A DNA stretch of 63,148 bases, counting the filler, from Bigelowiella natans CCMP2755 (Eukaryota; Protista; Cercozoa): NCBI GenBank assembly GCA_000320545.1. It is 5 parts of 5 records of this genome, joined end to end, with 100 filler letters (N's around TTAATTAATTAA, not from the genome) between each part and the next. Parts side by side here need not be neighbours in the genome. Positions count along the whole stretch, not along the records: positions 1 to 29,231 come from ADNK01003351.1; positions 29,332 to 48,163 come from ADNK01001437.1; 3 more parts are not named here. The stretch is one strand, 5' to 3'. Made by a program: the position numbers and the translations under genes. This document shows positions 23,950 through 35,976 of the stretch, in pieces. How positions within the stretch are numbered: position 1 is the first letter of the stretch; each line of letters opens with the position of its first letter. The notes below the pieces were generated by a model. The model was not told the origin of the DNA, made no database searches, and saw only the letters and a list, made by a program, of their open reading frames with translations.

Positions 23950-26062
23950 TGGATTCAAAGGACAATATCAAGAGACAACAGTAATGTTGAATAAACCAAT
24001 GTTTATGCATGTGGTATGGTGTCCAATGTTGCTAGGAACAATGTTGTAGATAGTAATAACTATTTGTTCTTATTCTTGTTCCTCCTCTATAAGGCAGCAG
24101 TCCATTAGTAGGTAGGTAGGTAGGTACCTTTTTAATTGCTTCGCGTAGTTGATCTGGTTTCATCTTATCAACCATAATCCACAAGTGGTGTGGCATCCAC
24201 TTGGGACATTTGCCCTCTTTGCCATACCCAGGGTTTTTACCTTGGCAGAAACGCTGCATCAAAGAACGATAGATAGAACGAAGTTCATCTCTCGGTTTCT
24301 CCGCAAGTGGATCTTGCCCTTCCGGTACACATGGACGATCATAAAAGGTTTGTTGACACACTTTATCGAACTGTGATATATATACATATATTACGTGAGA
24401 AAATAATAGATGGATGATGGAACGATAGGCGACGCATGGGGGAATGAATGAAAACATGATTGCAAATTAGAAATGAATCATGAAACCAAAAACACAGCGG
24501 ATACTGGTTCGAATTGGTACTGTTGTTGGTTTTGATGATGATGATGATAATGATGATGATGATGATGATGTGGCGTACGTTTGATTTATTCGAGGACCAA
24601 TGGTTCAATCCATACGCATATGTCTTGACATGTTTCTTGTGACTAAATATAGTTGTAGTAGTAACATATAAGTCAAAAATAAATAACGGTTGCAAGTCAA
24701 ACTATAAATGAACTGTCTAAGGCTCTACTGCTACCAGTACTATTAAATCACCTGTGGAAAGCAATGAGTATCTTTGCATCGCACTTGACTTCCAACTCAC
24801 CTAAAATTGTGGTTCTTCTTATTACCTTATTCGACTCATAAGGATTCAGTGCCGTATATGACGATAGTGGTGGTGGTTGATGATTTTATACCAAGTTTTC
24901 TCATTATTGTCTGACGAAGAGTTGAGAATGTCGAAGCCCTTTAAAGGTGTTAGTTTATACTTCATTAATTCATTGATTCATAATGTGGATGGTATATAAT
25001 GGACCATTCGATACTCGGTAAGTAAATTGCGGTGGGTAGTGATGCAACGAGGTAGCTTGCCACTAACATCATCGGCCAACAAGGAGATAATATGATATGC
25101 ATTTTACGTGGTGACAATAATAACTGTTGTGTCTAGGGACTGATCACTCTGTCCGAATAATCTCCGGAAAGTATCCGAAGTTGTTGTTCGGATACTAAAT
25201 CAAACAAACTACACTTACTACCTCTTTGCATTATCTTGAATGTATTCGACCTTACGCTTGCCACGGGGTGCTAAATAAATATTAAACCAGTGAGATACCG
25301 CACGATCGTACTTACTTACTATCTGAAGCATCATCGTTATAATGCAAGAATTGTCGAAACGAGGAACATGATTCGTACCTCGATGGCCCTTTAAGCGCTT
25401 CAGACAGTCTATTTTATGCTGGTCCAAAGGTTCTTTACCATCCATGTTGTTAACCACACCCTCTTCATCATCATTGCCATCTACATTTGAGGCTGCCTGC
25501 TTTGGGGCGACACCAGATGATGACGATGATGATGACGTAGGAGGGGCTGCATTGTTAGCTTGTTTCGAATCATCCTGTGAGGAAAAAAGGACAGAATCGC
25601 AGCAGAGATCTCAATTTTAGGATCAACACTGACAGATGTGTATACATAAAAAAGGGTTGTATGTCATTTTGAAAAGCCAATTGAATCTATCAAGACCTTG
25701 CTTTCCTCCTTTTTTATTTTCTTTGTAGATTCCTCCTTTTCCTGACTTCCTATCGACCGGGATTTTGTATCATCATCGCCTCCTCCGGACTGCTGAGAAG
25801 CTTCAGTTAATGTGGTGGTGGTGCTTGGTGGAGGTTTGCCGGAGGGAGGGTCAGAAGATGCAGTGGAATTTGTGGATGCTCCTACAGCAGCAGCAGCAGC
25901 AGCAGCATTGGTTGGAGTTGTCTCCGTGGGTGCGGTAGTAGCTGCTGAAGGTGTTACTTCAGCCGTAGATACAGAGGACTCATTGGGAGAAGTCATATTC
26001 TGCTGCTGCTGCGAGGATGACGAGGCGGCCTCTGAGGATGTCGGCTGTGGGTTGCTGCTCAT
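19702..26062 (-). CDS. PolyQ transcription factor: SRF-like MADS box plus NRF1/EWG-like segment
   Basis: Phase-checked exons 25222-25270, 24892-24938, 24752-24800, 24579-24642 and 24128-24370 give APRGKRKVEYIQDNAKRASTFSTLRQTIMRKLGELEVKCDAKILIAFHSHKKHVKTYAYG...ELRSIYRSLMQRFCQGKNPGYGKEGKCPKWMPHHLWIMVDKMKPDQLREAIKK. Long Q/H/G-rich tail ends PPNKKQKH (NLS-like). Exon structure of the tail is only partly resolved. Confidence 0.8.
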
Positions 26063-27523
26063 ATTGCTCAAGCTTTCGCTGGGATCACGAAGTCTGGCTT
26101 AAACAAGATTTCTCAAGACTAATGATGATCTTTAGCAAATATTCGTGTACAGCTTTACAGAAAAAGAACTTTAAACTCCGATGCTATACTTGGCTTTAGT
26201 TGTCCTGAGAAGAATGCACAAGTAGCGATTCAACTCCAATACTATTTCCCTGCAGTGTGTTGGCTGTTCTCAATTAATATCAGCTAGCTGCTTCCTCCCC
26301 AGAAAGCTCTACGAGTAGGCTTTGTCCTGAATACAAGTGTATTGTTATCTCTCTTTTTCCTCAATAAGGCAATGATGATGGGGGTGTTGTTGTAGGTGAG
26401 AAGTAGCAACAATAACATATGCAAGTTACTTACACTTAGACAGTGTACCTCTCCTCCTCGTAGTAGAGTAGTAAGTAGTAGATGTCGATGTAGTAGGCTT
26501 AAGTAGTTAGGAGTGAGGAGTAGGAGTCCTATGGCGCAATCAACTTAAACAATAATATATAACAATGATGAATGATGATAATAAATAGGACAAACAACGA
26601 AGGATTATTTACGATACAACTACCAGACACACGACAACAATAACACAACTCTCTTCAGACTCTCTTCTCTATCATTCTTCATACTCTCTTCTGGTACAAA
26701 ATCAATCACAATAACTAATCGCACAACCTTTCATTTGTATCCAGCCAGCACCCGCCTTTTTCGCCTTCCTTCATCCACCGGTTCAGATACGGCGAAATTC
26801 GTTTGGTCAGAACAATTATCTTTTCGCATTCTGTCAAACCCCTCAAGGTTCACTGAAAATACCTAAAAAGTATTGAATTTCAACCAATGAAAGTGAGTTT
26901 AAAATATCGGCATCGGGGAAATTCCCCAAAAGTCTCTGGTTTGTAATGATCAAGGTGGCTTAGGCGAAAAGAGGATGTTAGCGCCTAAGCCACCGATTAG
27001 ATGATTTTTTGGTAATTTATTTAGGCGGTTGCATTTTCTTTTGAATTGGTGAGTTCTAGTGTCGTCCCAGCTTTTTTGCTTGATTTTGGGAGAAAGGTTT
27101 TCCTAGTTGATGAGATAAATCACATGAACAGTGATTCGAGTCGTAGATCTACTTTTAGGCTAATATTTACGGTCGATACGGGAATACGATCGTACAACAA
27201 TAACAACAACTCAATTCAAATAATAGAATAACAATAAATTTGAATTTAAAAGAGAAGGGAAGACCAGACTGAGGAGGAGGACTAGGAAGATAAGGAAGCA
27301 GAAGAAGGAGAAGAAAAAGAAGATAAAAGAAGAGCACGCACGAAAAGGAGCAGGACATAACTTCACTCCCGATATTATTTAGAAATATTAGTAGTAACAG
27401 CAGCAGCAGCAGGGAGGAGTAGCGTGTGACGGTAGTAGTAGTAGCTCAGTGGGTAGTAGTATGATACTATTCTCACAGGGGAGGAAGGGTGTGCTACCTT
27501 TGAGTGCACTAGCAGTAGCAGCA

Positions 27524-27817
27524 ATGTGGATGATGATCATGATGACGTTGGTGGAAACAGCTGTTGCGGTTGGAGCAGCAGAGAGAGAGCTATTTTATCT
27601 CAAGGAGAGTCATTCTCCAGAGGTGATCGATCCCTTCTACACGTATGTTGTTGCATAATTTACGAGATTCTTTTATAATTGTGCACGTAGCTCATCTTCC
27701 AAAAGCTTTACCATAACCAAACGTCTCTATTTATGGCCATCGAGCAACTCTCAAAGGTAAGTAAGTTGTTGAGGGTCATTTTGTCTATAAAAGCTACCAT
27801 AGATCGTCTGTTCCATC

Positions 27818-27866
<49 letters not shown>

Positions 27867-27901
27867 CGACCTTTTCTTTCCTCACACACACACACACACA
27901 C

Positions 27902-27956
<55 letters not shown>

Positions 27957-28122
27957 AGTGGCTGTCTTTTGTTGTTGTTGTTGTTTAAACAAACAGAATG
28001 GATGCCCAATCGAGATCTCACACCCTGCAGCAGAGACGGATATTGTTTCACATGTCAGGTATTTACTACGTGCAGTTGCTTCAAGATAGAACTAATATCC
28101 TTCTTTACTAACAAACACGGAG

Positions 28123-28154
<32 letters not shown>

Positions 28155-28602
28155 ACTACTACTAGCTCGTACGAATCACGCTTCTTCTGCTTCAAATAGG
28201 TTAAGAGATAATGATGATGATGGCGGGAACACCAGGGATAAATTTAAGCTTTTGATCTGTAATTAGATATTTTTTAGTTGTATATATATTCTGTGTCAAT
28301 GTTTTATGTAAAGAGAAGGAGGAGGAGGCTAATGTATGAGCTACAGGCATAATATAAATAAAAAATGAAAATAATAATAATAAAAAAAATAATAATAATA
28401 GTAATAAATATTAGGGACAATTGTGATGAAAGTGAACTTGTTTAAGTTTTTAATGTTATTATTATTATCAACTCTGTTGTTTAGTCTTCAATGAGCACGC
28501 AGACGAACTCATAACCACCGAGGTGAGGCTAAGCTTACAACATCCATCATCACAACAGTTTTCGTCAATCAGAGAATCTACCCAATAACCCTTTTCGTAG
28601 TG

Positions 28603-28650
<48 letters not shown>

Positions 28651-28851
28651 TATGATGATTCAACGATTTAGACTAATGTTTGTAGTTGCTAAGATGTTAG
28701 TTTCCCCAACCAAAGTCATGTGGTTGTTATTGAAACCAGTAATACTAACATCTTCGGACATATAACAATAGAAATAGATGTAATCCAATTGCAGGTTGGA
28801 TTGGCGTTTTTAGAACGGTTGTGTGCCACTACGAGTGTCGATATCAGAGGT
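27524..28851 (+). CDS. Hypothetical multi-exon gene, probably truncated by the contig end
   Basis: Several short non-repetitive blocks flanked by AG/GT (about 27691-27756, 27997-28058, 28485-28522, 28795-28849). Reading frame not resolved and no recognisable domain. Confidence 0.35.
27818..27955. repeat. Compound microsatellite (GAT)n-(CA)n-(TA)n, representative of many intronic SSRs in the window
   Basis: Read directly. Similar tracts at 503-535, 853-887, 6688-6738, 15490-15540, 28601-28650, 29158-29230, 42625-42655, 43525-43572 and 62124-62265. Confidence 0.95.
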
Positions 28852-29148
28852 AATTTATTGTTTCAAATTCTTTCCTACACTTTCCTAATGAGTATTTATT
28901 GTTTCATATTCTTTCCTACACTTTCCTAATAAATTTCATTTTGTCGATGATATCCACCCGATGTTGCCGTGATCATATTGAAAGGCTTGCTCTTATTGCA
29001 TCATCATCATCAGTAGTAAATAGTAGCAGTAGCAGTATTCGTAGCAGTAGGAATTGTTGTTGTAGAAGTTAGAAAAGACTAATAGAGGAAATTGTTTCAA
29101 TGGACACTATGCATTCATCATAAACACTAAATACGCTTGCTTTCTATA

Positions 29149-29202
<54 letters not shown>

Positions 29203-29231
29203 TATATAATGTGTGTGTGTGTGTGTGTGTT

Positions 29232-29331
29232 NNNNNNNNNNNNNNNNNNNNNNNNNNNNNNNNNNNNNNNNNNNNTTAATTAATTAANNNNNNNNNNNNN
29301 NNNNNNNNNNNNNNNNNNNNNNNNNNNNNNN
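29232..29331. other. Artificial contig linker
   Basis: N44-TTAATTAATTAA-N44 (stop codons in all six frames). Confidence 0.98.
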
Positions 29332-29405
29332 CGGGGGGCAATTTTTTTTTTTTTTTTTCCCCCCCCCCCCCCCCCCCCTCTCTCTGTTGTGTGTGTGTGC
29401 GTAAG

Positions 29406-29629
29406 GCGCTTCGGAGCTCTAGTGGATGAGCAAGTACGGGAGAATAATTACGCACAGCTCTACAATTGATATTTAGCAAAAGATGCCTCTTATCGATGAG
29501 CGGAAAATTATGATGGGATTTATGTATGTTCCACCATCCATCTCGTTGTACTGCGCTCCTCTCATCAAAAACGTGCATGAAAGTTTCTGGAGAAGTTTGT
29601 CTTCATCACATTTTGTTGCCTCTTCCTAG
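29406..29629 (+). CDS. Possible terminal exons of a hypothetical gene
   Basis: RFGALVDEQ, then a GT..AG intron, then QKMPLIDERKIMMGFMYVPPSISLYCAPL...stop. No domain recognised. Confidence 0.3.
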
Positions 29630-29669
29630 TCTTTTTCATGCCAGCTTAGCATCTCGCATTTACTGATTG

Positions 29670-29710
<41 letters not shown>

Positions 29711-29719
29711 CATAGTAGG

Positions 29720-30410
29720 CGCCTAGTTAATTTGCATGCATGCAGCTACATCTGTCGTCTATATAGCTAGATAGGTGTGTACGTGCATAGCAGGAAGGTG
29801 TGCAAAAGCGTCGATGCAAACACATATAAGCATGCTAGGATGGTCTGGCTAGCTGGAACGTGTCAAGGTGTGCATGATGGATGCTAGGATGACTCTAAAT
29901 GTGTCAAGGTGTGGCTCAAATGGGCATTCCTAGATTCATTGAGATCTTGATGGCTAGCTAGCTAGATGGAGATCTAAGAGAGATGGCATTGCATTGCTAG
30001 ATTGCCTAGTAGCTAGCATCAAGTCTGAAATGTTGACACGTGGTGACAATGCAGCTTCTCGCATCACATTCTAGTGTTGTAGCCGGCGAAGACCACATCT
30101 AGACATGCTCGCCCCATGACATGCCAGTGTGTCCTGTTCACAATGCTCAGTGCCATGGACACACGTCTAGCACATGCTAGCATGCTGTGTGAACTGCGTT
30201 TGGCTGTTGTTCTCATCTCGACTCGGTCACATTTCGGCACCCACACAATGGATGCCATGCGTGTGCTGCAGTGTGTGCATCTGTTCATCATGCGCACACA
30301 CGCTAGCACGCACCAACGCAGTGTTGATCTGAAGTGTGTGCGTGACGATTGGGTTTTGTGGCATCATCCTCGTTGTCGCGATGTTCTGGAAAGACATTTT
30401 TTTTCGATGT
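29720..30410. other. TpA-depleted, CTAG-rich intergenic domain
   Basis: In about 29900-30410 every TA is in CTA/TAG context, mostly CTAG. CATG, TGCA, CACA and TGTG are abundant. Confidence 0.85.
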
Positions 30411-30528
30411 TCAATTATGTTTTGTTTGCAATGGTTAGTCAACAACAAGATTCTTTTTTTGTAGATCCTATTATCTCAAAAATACGAATCATAATAAGTT
30501 AGATATCTTCGGTGTGATTTCTTTCCAG

Positions 30529-31503
30529 CATCAGACTCTGAGAGGATCAGGCTGGAAAATGGCGAAGAAGAGGTGGCTAAAGAATGTTCCGGGTAGGGGT
30601 ATGGGACAGGGGGGGGACGAACTGTTTCATGTGAAGGCAGTCTTTACCCTTAAGACTGATATGAACATAACGCTGTAATCAAAGGAGGAAGCAACATAAA
30701 CGTCACCGAAAAGCTCAGAGGGAATACTTGCTGAAGACCGACGGGCCATGCGTAATCCGATTTGAATGAACAGAAGTCCCAGCTGATGTGTGACAATTCT
30801 TCTCAGTGTTTTCTATGTGGAATGGAGATGTCGAGCGCGGGTGGAACGCTGTCGTCGGTGATGAGGACTTTTCTACTTATAGTAACCAGAAGGTGAAACT
30901 GCAACTAACTAACACCTCAGGCAATCACTGTCGACCATGTCCTCCCTCTCAATCGCGGGGGCACAAACCACATAGACAATATGGTAAATATTTCTTGGAT
31001 TATGATCTTCATGAAGACGATCGGCAAATTTAAAGAACACTCATGTAGGTCCTTGCATGCAAAAGCTGCAACGAAGATCGCTCGAACGACTACCCCACCG
31101 AGGAGCTGCTCAAGAAATTGGAAGTGAGTACAATGAATACCGAAAATAAACAAAGGGCGAAGACCGCCTCATAATTCCTCGAATTTTCCATTCAAGGCCA
31201 AATTAGTCCTTCGAAGGAACATGCCTTTCAATCCGGAGAATGGTGGCAGATGTGCAGGATCTCCGGTAGAATTCGTCCCATTGCACACCCTACAACCTTT
31301 TCACAGCCCAAATATTGCGCAGGACCTTGCACCTGAAAATAAGCGAAGATATGAAAATGAAGTCAGGAACGATGGGCATCTTCCAAGTCAAAAATTAGGT
31401 GGGTACATACTCATTATCGAGCAAGAAAAATGGTGTACTTATTTGATGAATATCTCAAGCACAAATGCATTCGAACTCCATGCATGCGTGTGCAATGCGT
31501 AAT

Positions 31504-31543
<40 letters not shown>

Positions 31544-31796
31544 CGTGTTTTTGCAAAAAGTAGGCAATGACGTAGCCGAAGTGAAGGATGACGCCTCCCA
31601 TAGAGAAAAGATAAATGAACTCAAGGAAACTGAAGCAGGCAGCAGCATACACCCAGAAGAAATGAGCACAAATGAAAAAATAACTATGAGACAAACCCGC
31701 GAAGTAACATCCGACATTGGATCTGAGGAATTATCATTAGCGGCATCAGGCAAATGTGGGAGCAACAATCCGTTCGCGCTTTTGTCACTTGATTGA
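30529..31796 (+). CDS. Spliced HNH (McrA/HNH_5-like, Zn-binding) endonuclease-domain protein; 5' end uncertain
   Basis: In-frame exons 30685-30751, 30807-30857, 30921-30983 and 31049-31123 give RKAQREYLLKTDGPCCFLCG...AITVDHVLPLNRGGTNHIDNMVLACKSCNEDRSN, matching CxxC...DHxxPxxxGGxxxxxNxxxxCxxCN. Acidic tail ends NNPFALLSLD-stop. Confidence 0.85.
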
Positions 31797-32953
31797 CATG
31801 AACTAAGTGAATGGAATAAAGAAAAATGTTACAATAAGCTCTCGCAAGTGCATGCACAGACTCGCACTTGTATCATTTACGTGAATATTATCGCGATGAA
31901 TGTTAGCAGCTTGTAGCTCAGTTTACGTTGCGTGTAGGATCATATCATGCACTATTTATAATGATAACTTGTGTCTTTACATGTTCGCCACAGTGATGCA
32001 CATTCTGCCCGCCTCCTCATGAAACGGCCTGCGCAACACGCGGATCGCGTTAGCGCGGTCTAGCAGTGCAACAGCATTTCACTTCTACCCGGCGCCTGAT
32101 GAGTGCATGGCGTAGTCTAGTAGTGCGTGCGTGATGGCTAAACATGGAGCTCTGTCTCAACTAAACTCCAAGGCAATTCCCGTACCGAAGACGATTTTCT
32201 GTGCAGCATCTCACATGCATTTTCGCATTTTCATTGAACGTACACGTTCTACACTTGTTCATGATAGACATGCAATATACTATATATATTATATATATAT
32301 TATATTGCTGTGTCTATCATGTTCACTCCGCATCTTATCTCTCAGCTCTAATGTGTGCTTTGAATTTCCGAAATAAGGAGGTTTAGTTAACGTCTGCCGG
32401 CCGAACACAGTTGCTAGCGCGATGTGTGTGTGTGTGTGTGGATGTCGTCTATGGCTGTTCATTTGACGCATTCCAGCCATGTAGCACAGCCATCACTTGA
32501 TCAGAAGAGAATCAGAACCTAGAAGAGCGTGCTTGTTGCAGTGCCATGTGCAATGATTACGAGCGGCAATGCGTCATTTTCACAGCATAGCATGGGATGA
32601 ACATAATCGATGATTACCCATCAATTGCGCAGGATGTCGATCAATGGGCTACGTGTCGGACACCTCGGAAATGTCTATCTTCAGTGGTCTATGCCCTCTA
32701 GCTCTTCCATGGGCATGCATCTGCCTGGTACATTCTATTTTTTGTCGCTGGCGCATGTTTCTTGTGTGAAATGTCTCCTCTAATTCGTTCATATGGTTTT
32801 ATTCAGCCTTTACATTGCGAAGCACAACAGATTTACATCGAGCACATGCAATGAATTGTGTGCAGGCAGTGCGAAGGTAGCTCGCGGATGTGTAGTGGTC
32901 GAGCTTTCTCTAGCAGAATACTAACACTACCTCTCTCCATGGTGTGTCTCCCA

Positions 32954-33222
32954 TTATTTTGTCTTCTCTACGTTCAACTTGTCGCCATTTGCCAAGGCAT
33001 AAATACAACAAGAAAATCCATCATCCTGAAATGTGATTACTTTGAGAATGCTGTTGCTGCAATACACAACCACACGCAATGTTTATCTTGACACCTTTTT
33101 ACTTATTCGGGTGGCCTCTTCGCTTTGAGCCGATATAATGTCAGGACCTGCCAGATGCTCTACCTTCAAACCTTTTAACAGGACGATCAAACATAACATG
33201 GGAGACAGAAACAATAACAGAG

Positions 33223-33263
<41 letters not shown>

Positions 33264-34805
33264 TCGAAAAAGAATGAGTGAAAATCCAATGACCAAAGGT
33301 TACAAGCTGAAGCTGAGTACACACCTGACTCCTGCGCCCATTTGAAGAATTCTTTCTCCTTCCTTAGCACAGAGAAAAGAAGCAAGCTCATGTTATCTAG
33401 TACAACGACGGCGATGATGATGATGATGATAATGATGATGATGATAGCTATTATTCCATCGCAGCGGAAGAAATCCAAGTACCCTTTTCTATACTTGAAC
33501 GCAAGGATAGTTCGCGTCTGATGATGATGAAGGTGAGGAGAGGAGGGGAGGGGGGAGTTTCACAGGAACGATACATCATCACACATATAAATACTTACTC
33601 TACTCACGATGATACCTCACACATCGCACTCAAGTAAGACCCTCGTTTAATGCGGTACGCCATTATAATTCATCATACTCATTGCCACGAAGCTGCTGCT
33701 ATCCGTCACGTATCTACCTTCGCAGTGCTTTGTGCTTGAATTTCGCGTAGCAGGAGCCTTAAGCTGTCCTCTGGAACATACCTATTCACACATGCATACC
33801 AAAGCACACACAAACACACACATATACACATACACATACACAAATACACACACAAATACACCATGAGTCTTCGACGTTTGTCCGTTGCACTGAACAATAT
33901 TACAGGCACCAGGCGGCGACGAATATTACGAGATTCGTGAGAGTGAGTATCGACAGCAATAATTATATTCTGGGGCCAACCCAACTTTACATGTGTACCA
34001 AAATAAGCAAGTAAACAGCATGCGGCTGGCGGCGCTCACAGGATGTCAGCTCCGAGAATCAGGTCGAAACACGCCTCCTCCTGAACCGGAGTAGATTTTG
34101 CATTCTTCTCCTCTTTTCCCCAACTATTTGGCTCTGGCTTCGAGCCTGTGAAGCTTTCGCTACTGCTGCTGCTACTGGCCTGATTGTCAGCATGATGGAA
34201 GAGACAGTTGCAGCTTCCCCACTCCAGTTCTTGCACATGCATCGGAAAGGCGAGTCGCTTTATCAAGACAGCATAGAAGAACATGAATTAGGAATTGCTG
34301 ATATTATAAGCAAAGAATCCGTGCGCGTGGGTATCAGCGAGCAGACGTAACTCAAACACACCGCGTAACTCAACTGCTACTTCTGTGGTTGGATGTTGGT
34401 TCAGATTGGAGGAAACGCATTACCTTTTTGTTTTCGTTTGCCGTTCTACGAAGCAGATCTACCAATTCCTATTGGTTAGACACAAGATATTAGAACATCA
34501 CAAGCACACGCACACGCATAGGTGGAGAAGAATACACTGATATTACAGGTATGTGGGTGAGAGAGAGAGAGAGAGACAGAGAGAGAGTGAAATTTATAAA
34601 ACCCAATAGGTCCCTCTCGATCGAAATCAGTACGATTCGCACCTTTTTATCTGTCAATGTAACGCGTGCTCCAAGCATTGCAGCACACGTCCCTGCAATA
34701 CCCACCCCACTCCCCAGCTCCAGCACTCTCTTGCCTTTTAATTCACTGTCGTCCGCACCGTTTTCGCTGCTACCTTTGCTACATCTGTATAAACGCACGC
34801 GCGCG

Positions 34806-34846
<41 letters not shown>

Positions 34847-34899
34847 ATGATGAACTAGAGGGTGATTGATTTATTTATTTATTTATTGATTGATATATG

Positions 34900-34930
<31 letters not shown>

Positions 34931-35459
34931 GCTAGGATTTTCACCGATCAACAAGGTATCGCGATAAAGCCTCTCCTGCGTCCCATACCAACGACCCAAT
35001 TCTGCGAGTACAGTCTATCAAATGAAAGAAAAGCTTGGAGCTTTCTCACAGAGACATAGGATTGAAAGAGTACAACGTTGTCCCATGTTTCAAAACGCTA
35101 GTACATCAATTTCTTGTTGCCAGGTTAAACGGACTCCCTTATTAAAGTTAAGGACTCCATTATGCTTCACTACCCGAGCCCTGATTTTTCGACCACGATA
35201 AACTCGAACCCGTCCTTAATCTGCATCCGAGACAAGAAATCAGCCAAGGGGGTGCAGCCAACGGAATGCAACGAACGCATTGACAGGACCTACCTTAATA
35301 TTTCTCGCCTTGAACTTATTTCGCTCCATACGAGCCTAAAATTGGAGGACAAGAAGGTTAATACTATATAGCTCAGCGCGTCCGAAATGAAGAGGCATCA
35401 ACCAAATGGAGTGCCTTGAAGTCGATGGGCTTGCAAGGTGGCGACGGGGGGGAAGACAT
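32954..35459 (-). CDS. Seven-beta-strand protein lysine methyltransferase (METTL21/Methyltransf_16 family)
   Basis: GSLVWDAGEALSRYL, LKGKRVLELGSGVGIAG, VTLTD, LEWG, FDLILGADILY and ILAFKYR motifs across exons. Confidence 0.9.
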
Positions 35460-35976
35460 CCTTGAATTTTGATGAATAACCAGGAATCTATATGCGCCAT
35501 GAAAACGCAGACTATTCATATTCTGCGACATGGCAAAACCGGTGATAAATCTAACAAATCAGGGATGTCTCAGGAATGTTTTGTCGTCAATAAATCATTA
35601 AATTGAACATTATTAGTTCGGGGGTCTTCCTCTCACACTCGAGCACACGCTTGTTTTAGGAACATCCCCCTGCCAAAAAAACCGCCATATCCTAGGCGGA
35701 TTTTGCCCGCTTCCGATTGTCGCAAGGTAAAAACCCTATGTAGTTTGCCAAGGATTTCAGTTTTTGGAAGAAAACGTCCAGCGGGAATGAAGGTAGGTAG
35801 TGGCTTTTGGTGTCGTAAGTAGGATATTCATGCGGTTTTATTCATACGACAACAGATAATAAAAGTGCGCCCCAGAGCGTTTCTAGTTTCCGTTCCGTTC
35901 CGGGCAGATCGAACAACTATTAGCCCCTCCCCTCACCCGTACAACTTTGCAGCGAGAAGTGAAGAACTAGAGGGAA

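Noticed and set aside
25150-25196. GTATCCGAA motifs in an intron as an unmutated version of the subtelomeric GTGTCCGAA repeat
   Set aside because: Only a 9-bp match, too short to claim homology.
29232-29331. TTAATTAATTAA flanked by Ns, four times
   Set aside because: Synthetic six-frame-stop linker. Adjacency across linkers (e.g. an 'internal' telomere) is not biological.
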